Assembly: GCF_006345805.1 (NCBI RefSeq)
Contig: NC_043019.1
Coordinates: 27,279,360-27,343,359 of the forward strand
Length of the DNA stretch: 64,000 bases
Source: Octopus sinensis
Taxonomy: Eukaryota
Direction: 5' to 3'
Every line of letters starts with the position of its first letter. Within the stretch, counting starts at the first letter, position 1. A model generated the notes under the pieces. It saw nothing but the letters and a program-made list of their open reading frames with translations, had not been told where the DNA came from and ran no database searches. Made by a program: the position numbers and the translations under genes. Below are positions 63,400-64,000 of the stretch, piece by piece.

Positions 63400-63870
63400 T
63401 GAGTGGTCATCGGCATCTTCACTATCTCGTCCGGCAGCTTATTCCACGGATCTGCAACCCAGACGGAGAAAGCCCCTATCCTTCAATTGAGATGAAATTG
63501 TCGCAGATAGAGCTTTTCGGAGTGACCCCGCAACCGACGCTCTGGAGCAGGAGTGAAGAACAGCTCTTTCGAGAGGTTACACTTTCCGCTTATGATGTTG
63601 TGAGCAAGAATGAGATCACCACGGCATTGGCGTTTTTCTAGAGAATAAAGGTCGAGCGTCTTCAGCCTTTCTTCATAAGACAAATGCGTGAGACCAAGAA
63701 CCATGCGGGTAGCCAGCTTCTGGACTCTTCCGAGATGATGTATGTCTTTGAGGAGATAAGGAGAAGAGGCTTGAATCCCGTACTCCAATATGGGTCTCAC
63801 CAGCGGGACTTTATGATTTTCGTGAGAGGAACAGTTAGGCCTCCAATACTGAGGAATCAGGAAACTGGAA
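63400..63870 (-). mobile_element. CR1-clade LINE RT relic (second family)
   Basis: RPILEYGIQASSPYLLKDI..L.RVQKLATRMV.GL..LSYEERLKTLDLYSLEKR..RGDLI. Confidence 0.85.
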
Positions 63871-64000
63871 ACTTCATCTAAACGAACTCCTCTAATACCA
63901 TCTAAGGGTGAAAGATTTACAAATGAAGTTTAATAGATAAACATAGAGCACTGACTTAGTTCATTTGACTGTAAATAAATGCTCTAAATAAATGACACAA

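Overview
Eukaryotic, repeat-saturated animal DNA. The tRNA-derived SINE families, (TA)n/(TG)n/(ATT)n microsatellites and long introns suggest an octopod cephalopod such as Octopus (inference). Four protein-coding genes are supported. (1) A complete 6-exon BMP5-8/gbb-class TGF-beta ligand on + (24074..45375, 427 aa; all splice phases join into one ORF). (2) An intronless HYLS1 centriole/cilium gene on - (51302..52585), convergent with the BMP. (3) The last two exons of a flavin amine-oxidase-family gene on - (62738..62863 and 59517..59797), with substituted active-site/FAD motifs and a C-terminal KEEL. (4) The 3' exon of an unnamed membrane protein with tandem PY motifs on + (8909..9264). The rest is nested mobile DNA: tRNA-SINEs, CR1, RTE and R4/Dong-like LINE relics, Penelope-like (GIY-YIG) relics, Helitrons, TTAA (piggyBac-like) and hAT MITEs, and many fold-back elements. 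The most notable non-genic signal is a tRNA-Ser-headed short element carrying a minimal, dimer-type hammerhead ribozyme (16221..16520, with decayed relatives at 46674..47465). Also notable are a Penelope-associated hammerhead at 3511..3605, a perfect 207-bp inverted duplication, and inverted SINE pairs enclosing BMP exon 5. No rRNA, true tRNA or CRISPR array was seen. Repeat boundaries are read by eye and approximate unless junctions are quoted.
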